Source: Actinomycetota bacterium
Lineage (GTDB): Bacteria > Actinomycetota > Acidimicrobiia > Acidimicrobiales > JAJPHE01
Assembly: GCA_021325435.1 (NCBI GenBank)
Contig: JAJPHE010000124.1
Span: 3,921-67,920 of the forward strand
Direction: 5' to 3'
Length of the DNA: 64,000 nt
Shown here piece by piece: positions 43,487 through 52,024 of this stretch (position 1 is its first letter; every line of letters begins with the position of its first letter). Position numbers and translations under genes: made by a program. The notes beneath the pieces are model-generated. The model was given only the letters and a program-made list of their open reading frames with translations. It made no database searches and was not told the origin of the DNA.

Positions 43487-44172
43487 CCGTCCTCGCCCTG
43501 GGCGAGGTGGAGGTCGAGGGTCGGATGCCATGGAGCTCCAACCACACCTTCCTGGTCCGTCTCTGCCACGCCGAGGCGGAGATGGCCGCCATCTACAAAC
43601 CCGGCCGGGGCGAGCGCCCGCTATGGGACTTCCCCGATGGCGTGTTCGTGCGGGAGGCGGCGGCCTGGGAGTTGTCCCGATTCCTGGGCTGGGGCCTCGT
43701 CCCCGAGACGATCGTGCGCCACGACGCACCGCTCGGCCCGGGGTCGCTGCAGCGCTTCGTGGCCGCCGACTTCTCGCAGCACTACTTCACCCTGCTTGAG
43801 GATCCGGCCCACCACGACTCGCTGCGGGCCATCGCCACCCTCGACGTCCTGCTCAACAACGCCGACCGCAAGAGCGGCCACTGCCTGCTCGGCGAGGACG
43901 GCTCCATTTGGGCCATCGACCACGGCCTGTCGTTCCACACCGAGCCCAAGCTGCGCACGGTCATCTGGGATTTCGCCGGCGAGCCGGTGCCGGCCCGCCT
44001 GATCCCCGGCATCGAACGGCTGGTCGACGCCGGTCCCCCCGAAGGCGTGGCCGACGTGCTCGACGACGACGAGTGCGAGGCCCTGTTGCTGCGAGCCGAG
44101 ACGCTGCTGGACCGCCGCATCCTGCCCGCCCCCCACCCCGACCGGCGCCACTACCCCTGGCCGCTGGTGTAG
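43447..44172 (+). CDS. SCO1664-like protein with PI3/PI4-kinase-like catalytic motifs
   Basis: Trimmed from ORF 43210..44172 to ATG 43447, which overlaps the DUF3090 gene by 40 nt; a later start is possible. Motifs LLNNADRKSGHCLL and WAIDHGLSFH resemble the kinase catalytic and DFG-like loops. Confidence 0.65.
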   Translation: MPQVERPPAADPLTVLALGEVEVEGRMPWSSNHTFLVRLCHAEAEMAAIYKPGRGERPLWDFPDGVFVREAAAWELSRFLGWGLVPETIVRHDAPLGPGSLQRFVAADFSQHYFTLLEDPAHHDSLRAIATLDVLLNNADRKSGHCLLGEDGSIWAIDHGLSFHTEPKLRTVIWDFAGEPVPARLIPGIERLVDAGPPEGVADVLDDDECEALLLRAETLLDRRILPAPHPDRRHYPWPLV

Positions 44173-44177
44173 CGGAG

Positions 44178-45209
44178 GTGGCGGATCTGGCCGCGGCCGT
44201 CGAGGGCGGCGACATCGACGAACTGATCGGCGTGATCAACGGGCTGTGCCTCGACGGCGACTGGGACGGCCTGGAGGAGCTCGCCCGCCGCTGCCGGGCG
44301 GCGCTGGAGCGGGGCCGCCAGCTGTGGCCGGTCGCGGCCCACGCCGACTACCGGCTGGCGCTGGAGGCCCCGGCCCGGTTGGCGGCGAGGACGATCGAGC
44401 CCGGCCGGGGTCGCTTCGCCCCCGGCCCCCTCACCGAGGTGTTGGCGTCGACCCACCGGTGGGATGACCTCGCACCCCACCTGCCGGCCGGCCCGCTGGC
44501 CGGCGTGGTCGCCCAGGAGCGGGTGCTGCGGGGCGAGGACCTGACCGCCGACGAGCGGGTCGACCCCTCCGCCCGAGAGCTTCCTCTCCGGCTGGCCGAG
44601 TGGGAGCCGGCCTACGCCCTGGCGACCTTCCACCCCGACCGGGCCGACCTGCCGGCGCCGGCGCTCGAGGTAACCGGGATGCCCCAGCCGGTACACGAAC
44701 ACCCGGGTGAGGAGGCCGGATCGGCGGCCAATGTCGACGAGGACGCCGGCGAGGGGCGCCGGGCGCTGCTCGACCTGGTGACGACCTGGACCGGGGAGTC
44801 GTCGGGCCGGGCGGAGGCGGTGGCCGTCGAGGGCGGGGCGGCGGACGCCGCCACCCTGCTCGCAGCCCGACCCCGGCAGCTGGTGCCGGTGACGAACGGG
44901 TCGGCCGTCGCCCTGATGGCCTGGGCCGGGGCCAGCGGCGGGGCCCACGGACGGCGGCGGGGGGCGGCGGCCGGCCGCTTCGCGGCCTGGTGGGCGCTGG
45001 CCGCCCTGGCGGGCATGCTCGACGAGTGGCCTCCCCCCGCCGACACGCTCGGGGAGGCCCTGGCCGAGCTGCGCTTCTACGAGCTCCGCACTGAAGGCAG
45101 CCAGACCGGGTGGCGCCTGTCGCTGGCTGTCGAGTCCCCCGCCGACGAGCTGGCGTGGGCGGTGTGGGCGGCGGATCCGGCCGAGGCGGTGGCGCCGGCC
45201 CCGGGCTGA
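44178..45209 (+). CDS. Hypothetical protein (343 aa), fourth gene of the DUF3090 cluster
   Basis: Trimmed from ORF 43908..45209 to GTG 44178, 5 nt after the upstream stop. Ala/Leu/Glu-rich. No family recognised. Confidence 0.45.
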   Translation: MADLAAAVEGGDIDELIGVINGLCLDGDWDGLEELARRCRAALERGRQLWPVAAHADYRLALEAPARLAARTIEPGRGRFAPGPLTEVLASTHRWDDLAPHLPAGPLAGVVAQERVLRGEDLTADERVDPSARELPLRLAEWEPAYALATFHPDRADLPAPALEVTGMPQPVHEHPGEEAGSAANVDEDAGEGRRALLDLVTTWTGESSGRAEAVAVEGGAADAATLLAARPRQLVPVTNGSAVALMAWAGASGGAHGRRRGAAAGRFAAWWALAALAGMLDEWPPPADTLGEALAELRFYELRTEGSQTGWRLSLAVESPADELAWAVWAADPAEAVAPAPG

Positions 45210-45482
45210 GCGCAGATCGGCATTCACCCGCGGGCCGGGGTGGGTGTCAGTCCAGTGTCAACGCAGGTGGCCGAACGGGCCAGGATCACGATGGCGTATC
45301 CGCATCGCCTGGCGCCGAAGCCGTGGTCGCCGTCTGCCCGCAACGGCGCGACAGCGCAACGGCCCTCACATGGCGTCGACGTTAGGCAACTCAGGTGTAC
45401 GGAGTTTTTCGAGTCCCCGACGACGTCTCGGTCCACCGTTGGCGCCAACCCGAAGGGAGCGCAGCGACCGGAGGGGCGGCAG

Positions 45483-46799
45483 CTACAGGGCGCCGAGGAC
45501 GCGGTCGGTATAGGCGTTGGCGAAACGGCCGTCGGGGTCGAGCTTGCGCCTCACCGACTGGAAGCGTTCCCAGTCGGGATAGCGGGGCGCCAGGGTGGCG
45601 GCCGTCTGGTAGTGCAGCTTTCCCCAGTGGGGGCGCCCGCCGAGCGACCACATGATCTCCTCGACGGCCCGGAAGTACTGGTCGTAGGGCGTGCCCCGGT
45701 ACATGTGCACGGCGATGTAGCAGCTTTCGCGCCCGTTGGCCGTGGACAGGGGGATCTCGTCGGCGGCGGTGAATCGCACCTCCACGGGGAAGCTCACCAG
45801 CAGGCCGCGCTCGTCGACCATCTTGGTGAGCCGGTCGAGGGCGGTGGCCGCCTCGCCCCGGGGAATGGCGTACTCCATCTCACAGAAGTGGACCAGGCGG
45901 GGGGTGGTGAACACCTGGTCGCTGCGCCGCACGAAGTCACGCGTGCCCGAGGACGGCACGGCGGTGGCCAGCTTGGGGATCAGCGACGGCCGGCGTCGGC
46001 CGATGCGGCAGGCCGCCCCGAAAGCCACGTTCTCGAGCAGGACCCGCTCGTAGAGCTCGCGGGCCCGGCCCATGCCCCGGGGCGCCTCGTCGGTGTGGTT
46101 GTTCGCCTTGGTCAGCGCCCACCGGGTGTGCGGCACCCAGTAGAACTCGAAGTGGTCGTTGCCGTCGACGAGCTCGTCGAGGCGGCCGAGGACGTCGTCC
46201 ATGCGCATGGGCGCCTCGACGGCATGCATGTTGAATGCCGGCACACACTGCAGGGTGACGGTGGACAGGATCCCGAGGGCGCCGAGCCCCACCCGGGCGA
46301 CCGACCAGATCTCGGGCTCCTCGTCCGCTGACGCGTTCACGACGGTTCCGTCGCCTATGACGAGGCTGACACCGACGACCTGCTCGGCGATGCCCCGGTA
46401 GCGGGCGCCGGTCCCGTGGGTGCCGGTGGAGATGGCCCCGGAGATCGTCTGGTAGCCCACGTCGCCCAGGTTGGGCAGGGCCAGGCCCACGTCGGCCAGC
46501 TCGCGGCACAGCTGGTTGATGGTGATGCCGGACTGGACCCGGACCCGCATCGACTGGCGGTCGACGTCGAGCACCCGGTCGTGGCGGTCGAGACGGACCT
46601 GCACCCCGGAGGTGGTGGCGATGTCGGTGAAGGAGTGACCGGAGCCGACCGGCTTCACCGTCTGCCCGGAGCGGGCCGCGGCCCGCACCACCTCGGACAG
46701 CTCGGCCTCACTGGCCGGGCTTACCACCTCGGCCGGCGCGCACCGCTGGTTACCGCCCCAGTTGACCCATCGGTGCGTCGCCCCCAAGGTGCTGGCCAT
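45483..46799 (-). CDS. FAD-linked aldonolactone oxidase/dehydrogenase (L-gulono-/D-arabinono-1,4-lactone type)
   Basis: ORF 45483..46799. FAD_binding_4 motif [11 protein letters not shown]; C-terminal ALO-domain hallmarks GGRPHWGK and [11 protein letters not shown]. Confidence 0.8.
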   Translation of the reverse strand: MASTLGATHRWVNWGGNQRCAPAEVVSPASEAELSEVVRAAARSGQTVKPVGSGHSFTDIATTSGVQVRLDRHDRVLDVDRQSMRVRVQSGITINQLCRELADVGLALPNLGDVGYQTISGAISTGTHGTGARYRGIAEQVVGVSLVIGDGTVVNASADEEPEIWSVARVGLGALGILSTVTLQCVPAFNMHAVEAPMRMDDVLGRLDELVDGNDHFEFYWVPHTRWALTKANNHTDEAPRGMGRARELYERVLLENVAFGAACRIGRRRPSLIPKLATAVPSSGTRDFVRRSDQVFTTPRLVHFCEMEYAIPRGEAATALDRLTKMVDERGLLVSFPVEVRFTAADEIPLSTANGRESCYIAVHMYRGTPYDQYFRAVEEIMWSLGGRPHWGKLHYQTAATLAPRYPDWERFQSVRRKLDPDGRFANAYTDRVLGAL

Positions 46800-46816
46800 G
46801 GGTCAGGGCGCCGCGA

Positions 46817-47785
46817 TCAGCCCCGCGCCTTGAGCGCCTCGATGAGCTTGGGCACCACCTTGTGGACGTCGCCGACGACCCCGAGGTCGGCGATCGAGAA
46901 GATCGGGGCCTCCTGGTCCTTGTTGATGGCGACGATGTTCTTCGAGCCCTTCATGCCCACCATGTGCTGGGTGGCGCCGGAGATGCCACAGGCGATGTAG
47001 ACGGTGGGTTTCACCGTCTTGCCGGTCTGGCCCACCTGGTAGGCGTAGGGCACCCAGCCGGCGTCGACGATGGCGCGGGAAGCGCCGGGGGCGCCGTTGA
47101 GCAGCTTGGCCAGCTCCTCGATCATGGCGTAGTTCTCGGCGCTGCCGAGCCCCCGCCCGCCGGACACGACCACGGCCGCCTCGTCCAGCTTGGGACCGGT
47201 GCGCTCCTCCACGTGGCGCTCCAGCAGCTTGGCGTCGCCGGCGTGGCCCACGTCGGGGGCGGTCAGCTCCTCCACCTCGGGGGCCCCGCCGCCGGACTCC
47301 TCGGCCGCGAAGGTCTTCGGGCGCACGATGAACAACCCCGGACCGGCTCCGGTGAACTTGGCCTTGGCGATCTGGGTGCCGCCGAAGATGGCGTGCTGGG
47401 TGACGAGGTCGTCGCCCTGCTTCTCGATGCCGACGATGTTGGCCAGCACCGGCCGGTCGATGCGGGCCGACAGGCGGCCGATGATGTCTCGGCAGTCGTA
47501 CGTCGAGCTGCCGAGGATGGCGTCGGGCCCGTCCGCCGAGACCTTCTCGGCGAGGGCGGCCGCCACCCGGGCACCGGCGAGGCCGCCGCCGAGGTCGCTG
47601 ACGGCCAGGACCTTGGTGGCGCCGTGCGCTCCGAGCTGGGCGGCGGCGTCGGTCGCCTTCTCCCCCCAGACCACGCCCGTGACATTGGAGCCGAAACCGC
47701 GGGCGGCGGTGAGCAGCTCGAGGCCGCCCGAGGAGGGCACGCCCTCGACGGTGTCGGCCAGGACCCAGATCTTTTCGGTAGCCAT
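46817..47785 (-). CDS. etfA: Electron transfer flavoprotein alpha subunit
   Basis: Trimmed from ORF 46817..47842 to ATG 47785 (AGGAGAGAG upstream). C-terminal FAD-binding block [41 protein letters not shown]. Confidence 0.9.
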   Translation of the reverse strand: MATEKIWVLADTVEGVPSSGGLELLTAARGFGSNVTGVVWGEKATDAAAQLGAHGATKVLAVSDLGGGLAGARVAAALAEKVSADGPDAILGSSTYDCRDIIGRLSARIDRPVLANIVGIEKQGDDLVTQHAIFGGTQIAKAKFTGAGPGLFIVRPKTFAAEESGGGAPEVEELTAPDVGHAGDAKLLERHVEERTGPKLDEAAVVVSGGRGLGSAENYAMIEELAKLLNGAPGASRAIVDAGWVPYAYQVGQTGKTVKPTVYIACGISGATQHMVGMKGSKNIVAINKDQEAPIFSIADLGVVGDVHKVVPKLIEALKARG

Positions 47786-47792
47786 CTCTCTC

Positions 47793-48572
47793 CTACAGAA
47801 GCTTGAGCTCGTCGAGGAAGGCGACGACCCGCTCGTGGGCATCGCCTTCGTCCACCACGATCTCGCCCGCCTTGCGCTCCTCGGCCTGGGCGACCTCGAT
47901 CATCTCCTGGCGGGCGCCCTTCAGGCCGACCTCGTCGGCGGACAGGCCGAGGTCCGAAACCGTCAGGGTCTCGACCGGCTTGCTCTTGGCGGCCATGATC
48001 CCCTTGAAGGAGGGGTAGCGGGGCTCGACCACGCCGGCGGTGACGGTGATGACCACCGGCAGGGCGCACTCCACCTCGTCGTAGCCGGCCTCGGTCTGCC
48101 GGTTGACCTTCACCTTCCCGTCGGCCACGTCGACCGACTTGGCGAAGGTCACCGACGGGAGGCCGAGCAGCTCGGCCACCTGGACCGGCGTCGTGCCGGT
48201 GTAGCCGTCGGTCGACTCGGTCGCCGCCACCACCAGGTCGGGCTCGGCCCGCTTGATGGCGGCGGCCAGCACCTTGGCCGTCGACAGGGCGTCGGACCCC
48301 TTGAGGGCGTCGTCGCTGACCAGGATGGCCTTGGCGGCCCCCATGGCCAGCGCCGTACGCAGGCCGCTGGTCTCGCCGTTGGGGGCCATGGACACCAGCG
48401 TCACCTCTCCGCCACCGGCCCGCTCGGCCAGCTGCAGCGCCATCTCGACCCCGTAGGCGTCGGAGTCGTCGAGGATCAGCTTGCCCTCGCGTACGAGGGT
48501 CTTGGTCGAGGGGTCGAGGCTGCCGGGTGCAGCCGGATCGGGAATCTGCTTCACACAGACGACCACGTTCAT
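47793..48572 (-). CDS. etfB: Electron transfer flavoprotein beta subunit
   Basis: Frame of ORF 47793..48581. ATG 48572 preferred (GAGGAGA 9 nt upstream). MNVVVCVKQIPDP hallmark N-terminus. Confidence 0.9.
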   Translation of the reverse strand: MNVVVCVKQIPDPAAPGSLDPSTKTLVREGKLILDDSDAYGVEMALQLAERAGGGEVTLVSMAPNGETSGLRTALAMGAAKAILVSDDALKGSDALSTAKVLAAAIKRAEPDLVVAATESTDGYTGTTPVQVAELLGLPSVTFAKSVDVADGKVKVNRQTEAGYDEVECALPVVITVTAGVVEPRYPSFKGIMAAKSKPVETLTVSDLGLSADEVGLKGARQEMIEVAQAEERKAGEIVVDEGDAHERVVAFLDELKLL

Positions 48573-48741
48573 GGGGCGCATTCTCCTCGACCGCCTCGGG
48601 AGTGTCGAACCGGCACCTCCGGCGGACGGTCACCCGGGTTGCGGTGCCCGCTCGTTACCCACCAGACCGGCGGCCCTCACCCCGTCGACTACTTTCGTCC
48701 CTTCGGGCTGGACTTCCGAGGGGCAGGAAAGCGGGTCGCGC

Positions 48742-49134
48742 GTGGCCGACAAGGACGAGGTGAGGCTGGTCGTTCCGGCCAGCCCGGAGTTCGTGCGCCT
48801 GGCCCGGGTGACCGCCTCGGGCCTGGCCAGCCGCCTCGGCTTCAGCTACGACGAGATCGAGGACCTGCGCCTGGCCGTCGACGAGCTCTGCTACGCCGTC
48901 ATCGGCCCGGCCGGCCGGCCCGGGGCCCTGACCGTGCGCTTCTTCATCCGCGAGGGCGGCCTCGAGGTCGAAGGCACCGGCCATTTCGACCCCGGCGGCC
49001 CGCCGGTCGGGTTGTCGGACCTGTCCCACCAGATCCTCACCGCCCTGGTCGACAGCCACGACGTGCGTGCCGACCTCGACGGCCAGCCGTCGGTGTGGCT
49101 GCGTAAGCGGGGAAGGGCGGCCGAGGCCGGATGA
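48742..49134 (+). CDS. rsbW: Anti-sigma factor, RsbW/UsfX-like
   Basis: Trimmed from ORF 48481..49134 to GTG 48742. 130 aa. Its stop overlaps the sigma gene start (ATGA), the arrangement typical of rsbW-sigF/B pairs. The HATPase-like motifs are weak, so the call rests largely on size and position. Confidence 0.6.
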   Translation: MADKDEVRLVVPASPEFVRLARVTASGLASRLGFSYDEIEDLRLAVDELCYAVIGPAGRPGALTVRFFIREGGLEVEGTGHFDPGGPPVGLSDLSHQILTALVDSHDVRADLDGQPSVWLRKRGRAAEAG

Positions 49135-49889
49135 CCCCAGACCCCGACGAGCGCGAGGAGCTGCGGCGACAGTTCGCCGTCTTCGCCGAGACCCGCGAGC
49201 CGGCGCTTCGTGAGGAGCTGGTCAACGCCCACCTCGGCCTGGCCGAGTACCTGGCCCGCCGGTTCGCCAACCGGGGGGAGCCCCTCGACGACCTCATCCA
49301 GGTGGCCTCGATCGGCCTGGTCAAGGCGGTCGACCGCTTCGATCCGGAGCGGGCCGTCGAGTTCTCCACCTACGCCACCCACACCATCGTCGGGGAGCTG
49401 AAGCGCCACTTCCGCGACAAGGGCTGGGCGGTCCGGGCGCCCCGGCGGCTGCAGGAGCTGTACCTCCGACTGGGCCAGGTTATCTCCACGCTGTCCCAGA
49501 CCCTCGGCCGCTCACCGACGATCAGCGAGCTGGCCGAGGAGGTCCAGGCGTCCGAAGAGGAGGTGCTCGAGGCGCTCGAAGCGGGCCAGGCCTACCGGTT
49601 CGCCTCGCTGGACGCGCCCGCCCCCGGGCCCGACGACGAGGGGTCGGCCACCCTGGCCAGCCAGCTGGGCGAGGACGACCCCACCATGATGGCGGCCGAG
49701 GACCGCGCCGCCCTCGGCCCGCTGCTCGAGCACCTTCCGCCCCGCGAGCAGCGCATCCTGTTCCTCCGCTTCTTCCAGGGCATGACGCAGTCGGAGATCG
49801 CCTCCCAGCTCGGCATCTCCCAGATGCACGTGTCGCGCCTGCTGGCCCGCAGCCTGGCCCAGCTCCGCTCGGTTGCCGCCGAGTCGTAG
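49131..49889 (+). CDS. Group-3 sigma-70 family sigma factor (SigF/SigB type)
   Basis: ORF 49131..49889. Region 2 DLIQVASIGLVKAVDRFDP..FSTYATHTIVGELKRHFRD; region 4.2 MTQSEIASQLGISQMHVSRLL. Confidence 0.9.
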   Translation: MTPDPDEREELRRQFAVFAETREPALREELVNAHLGLAEYLARRFANRGEPLDDLIQVASIGLVKAVDRFDPERAVEFSTYATHTIVGELKRHFRDKGWAVRAPRRLQELYLRLGQVISTLSQTLGRSPTISELAEEVQASEEEVLEALEAGQAYRFASLDAPAPGPDDEGSATLASQLGEDDPTMMAAEDRAALGPLLEHLPPREQRILFLRFFQGMTQSEIASQLGISQMHVSRLLARSLAQLRSVAAES

Positions 49890-49893
49890 GGCG

Positions 49894-50865
49894 GTGCGGC
49901 TGCTTCTCGTCGTCAACGTGTCGGCGTCGGCCGTCACGCCGCGCACCCGGGTCGTCATCGCCAAGGCGCTGGCGGCCGACCACAAGCTCGAGGTGGTCGA
50001 GACCGATCGGCGGGGTCACGCCACCCACCTGGCTCACGAGGCCGCCACCGAAGGCTGGGACGCGGTGGTCGTCCTCGGCGGGGACGGGACGGTCAACGAG
50101 GCGGCCAACGGCCTGGTCGGCACGGACACCGCCCTCGGGGTGCTTCCCGGGGGTTCGACCAACGTGTTCGCCCGCACCATCGGGGCGTCCACCGACCCCA
50201 TCGAAGCGACCGGTCAGCTCCTGGCCTCGCTGGCCGGCGGCGAGCGTCGGCGCATCGGCATGGGACGGGCCGACGAGCGCTACTTCCTGTTCCACCTCGG
50301 CGTCGGCTTCGACGCCGCCGTCATCGACCGGGTCGAGCGGCGCCACATCCTCAAGCGCTACGCCGGTCACCCTCTGTTCGTGGCCGCCGCCGTCGACACC
50401 TGGGTCCGCCACTACGACCGCAGCCGGCCCCGGTTCTCGGTGTCGGTGCCCGGCCCCGACCCGGCCGGCGAAGCCGCCGATTCCCTCGAGGGTGGCTACT
50501 TCGCCGTGTTCCTCAACAGCGACCCCTACACCTTTCTCGGCACCCGACCCCTCCATCTCGGCCCCGGCACCGGGCCCGACGACGGCTTGGCCGTGGTCGC
50601 CTTCCGGTCGCTGCGGCTCACCGACCTGTTGGGAACGGCCGCTCGGGCCCTCGGGTCGGGCCGGCGGGTCGGCCGCCCGCACCGGATCTGGGCGCTCGAC
50701 CACCTGGAGGAGGCCGAGGTCACCGGGCTCAGCGGGCCCGACGGCGACCCGGCGGGCGCCGCCTTCCCCTACCAGGTGGACGGCGACTTCCTCGGGCTGA
50801 CCAGCGCCCTGCGGGTCAGCCACCACCCGGCGGTGATCGACGTCCTCTACCCGCCGGGCTCCTGA
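49894..50865 (+). CDS. Diacylglycerol/lipid kinase family protein (DagK/LCB5-type)
   Basis: Trimmed from ORF 49873..50865 to GTG 49894. VVVLGGDGTVNEAANGL and LGVLPGGSTNVFAR. Confidence 0.8.
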   Translation: MRLLLVVNVSASAVTPRTRVVIAKALAADHKLEVVETDRRGHATHLAHEAATEGWDAVVVLGGDGTVNEAANGLVGTDTALGVLPGGSTNVFARTIGASTDPIEATGQLLASLAGGERRRIGMGRADERYFLFHLGVGFDAAVIDRVERRHILKRYAGHPLFVAAAVDTWVRHYDRSRPRFSVSVPGPDPAGEAADSLEGGYFAVFLNSDPYTFLGTRPLHLGPGTGPDDGLAVVAFRSLRLTDLLGTAARALGSGRRVGRPHRIWALDHLEEAEVTGLSGPDGDPAGAAFPYQVDGDFLGLTSALRVSHHPAVIDVLYPPGS

Positions 50866-51557
50866 ACCTCACGCCCCAGGGCCGCCAGAGCCACATCGGG
50901 TCGGTTGGTGATGATGGCGTCCACTCCGGCCCCGGCCAGCCAACGAATTCGTTCCGGGTCGTCGACGGTCCAGGTGTTGACGGCGACCCCGGAGTCGTGG
51001 GCGGAGGCCACCAGTTCGGTCGTGACCACCCGGTGGTGGGGATGCAGGGCCCGGTGGCCGCGGGACCGGACCAGCTCGAGGGCCTGGTGCTGGTCGAGCG
51101 ACTCGGTGGTGAGAAGGCCCGTCACCAGGTCCCCGTCGACGGCGAGGGCGGCGTCGATCGATGCCAGCGAGAACGACGAGACGATGACCGACGCCCGGCG
51201 CTCGGCGACCATGGCCGCCACCTGCCGGGCGACCAGCTCGGCCTCGTCCCAGCCCGGCTCCCAGGGGAGGTTCTTGATCTCGGCGTTCACCACCAGACCG
51301 GCGCAGGCGTCGAGGGCGGCGTCGAGCAACGGGACGGAGCCCGGAAGCTCAGCGACGGTGAGCTCGGCCACCGGGCCGACCCCCTCGATCACCGCGTCGT
51401 GGTGGACGACGAGGGCGCCGTCCGCGCTGCGTCGCACGTCCAGCTCGACACCGTCGGCGCCCAGCCGGACCGCCTCCAGGAAGGCCTCGATGGTGTTCTC
51501 CGGGCAGGCGGCCGACGCCCCCCGGTGACCCAGGACCGCCACGGCAGGGAAGCCCAC
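50847..51557 (-). CDS. Glycerophosphodiester phosphodiesterase family protein
   Basis: Trimmed from ORF 50847..51632 to GTG 51557 (start uncertain). GHRGAS..PENT and GVELDVRRSADGALVVHHD. Confidence 0.75.
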   Translation of the reverse strand: MGFPAVAVLGHRGASAACPENTIEAFLEAVRLGADGVELDVRRSADGALVVHHDAVIEGVGPVAELTVAELPGSVPLLDAALDACAGLVVNAEIKNLPWEPGWDEAELVARQVAAMVAERRASVIVSSFSLASIDAALAVDGDLVTGLLTTESLDQHQALELVRSRGHRALHPHHRVVTTELVASAHDSGVAVNTWTVDDPERIRWLAGAGVDAIITNRPDVALAALGREVQEPGG

Positions 51558-51681
51558 GTTTCGCGCCGCCGAAGCAGGAAACGGCCCGCCTTTGGACGAA
51601 TCAAAGCCTTGCTTTACCACCGGCCTCACCATATGATCGCCGTATCACCTTTACTGCTCGGTAACACGTATGTCGCCGGCA

Positions 51682-51697
51682 TGTGAATGTATTCACA
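51682..51697 (+). promoter_or_regulatory. Perfect CRP/FNR-type palindrome TGTGA-ATGTAT-TCACA upstream of whiB
   Basis: Read directly. Centred ~37 nt upstream of GTG 51727, in an AT-enriched intergenic patch. Confidence 0.6.
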
Positions 51698-51726
51698 AGT
51701 GAACTAGTCACCGCCGAGGAGGGACC

Positions 51727-52017
51727 GTGGCCCTGACCTGGAGCCGCACCATCGACTGGGACAGCGACAACTGGCGCGATGTGGCGGCGTGTCGAGACAC
51801 GGACCCGGACCTCTTCTTCCCGGTGGGCACGACCGGCCCCGCCCTCGAGCAGATCGCCGCCGCCCAGGCCGTATGCCGCCAGTGCCCGGCCCTGGAGCCT
51901 TGCCTGGAGTTCGCCCTGGCCACCAACCAGGAGTCCGGGGTATGGGGCGCCACCTCCGAGGAGGAGCGGCGCAAGCTGCGCAAGTCGTGGCTGGCCCGCC
52001 AGCGCCGGGCTTCCTGA
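51727..52017 (+). CDS. whiB: WhiB-family Fe-S transcriptional regulator (WhiB1-like by synteny)
   Basis: ORF 51727..52017 (GTG, GAGGAGGG upstream). Four Cys (AACR...CRQCPALEPC), GVWGATSEEERRKLRK turn and basic tail. Confidence 0.9.
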   Translation: MALTWSRTIDWDSDNWRDVAACRDTDPDLFFPVGTTGPALEQIAAAQAVCRQCPALEPCLEFALATNQESGVWGATSEEERRKLRKSWLARQRRAS

Positions 52018-52024
52018 GGAACCC

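Noticed and set aside
45224-45448. 74-codon minus-strand ORF with five Cys in the large convergent intergenic region, considered as a small-protein gene.
   Set aside because: TTG start and no SD. By hand count, third-position GC is only about three quarters, visibly lower than the neighbouring genes. No recognisable motif. Kept only as a note inside the intergenic finding.
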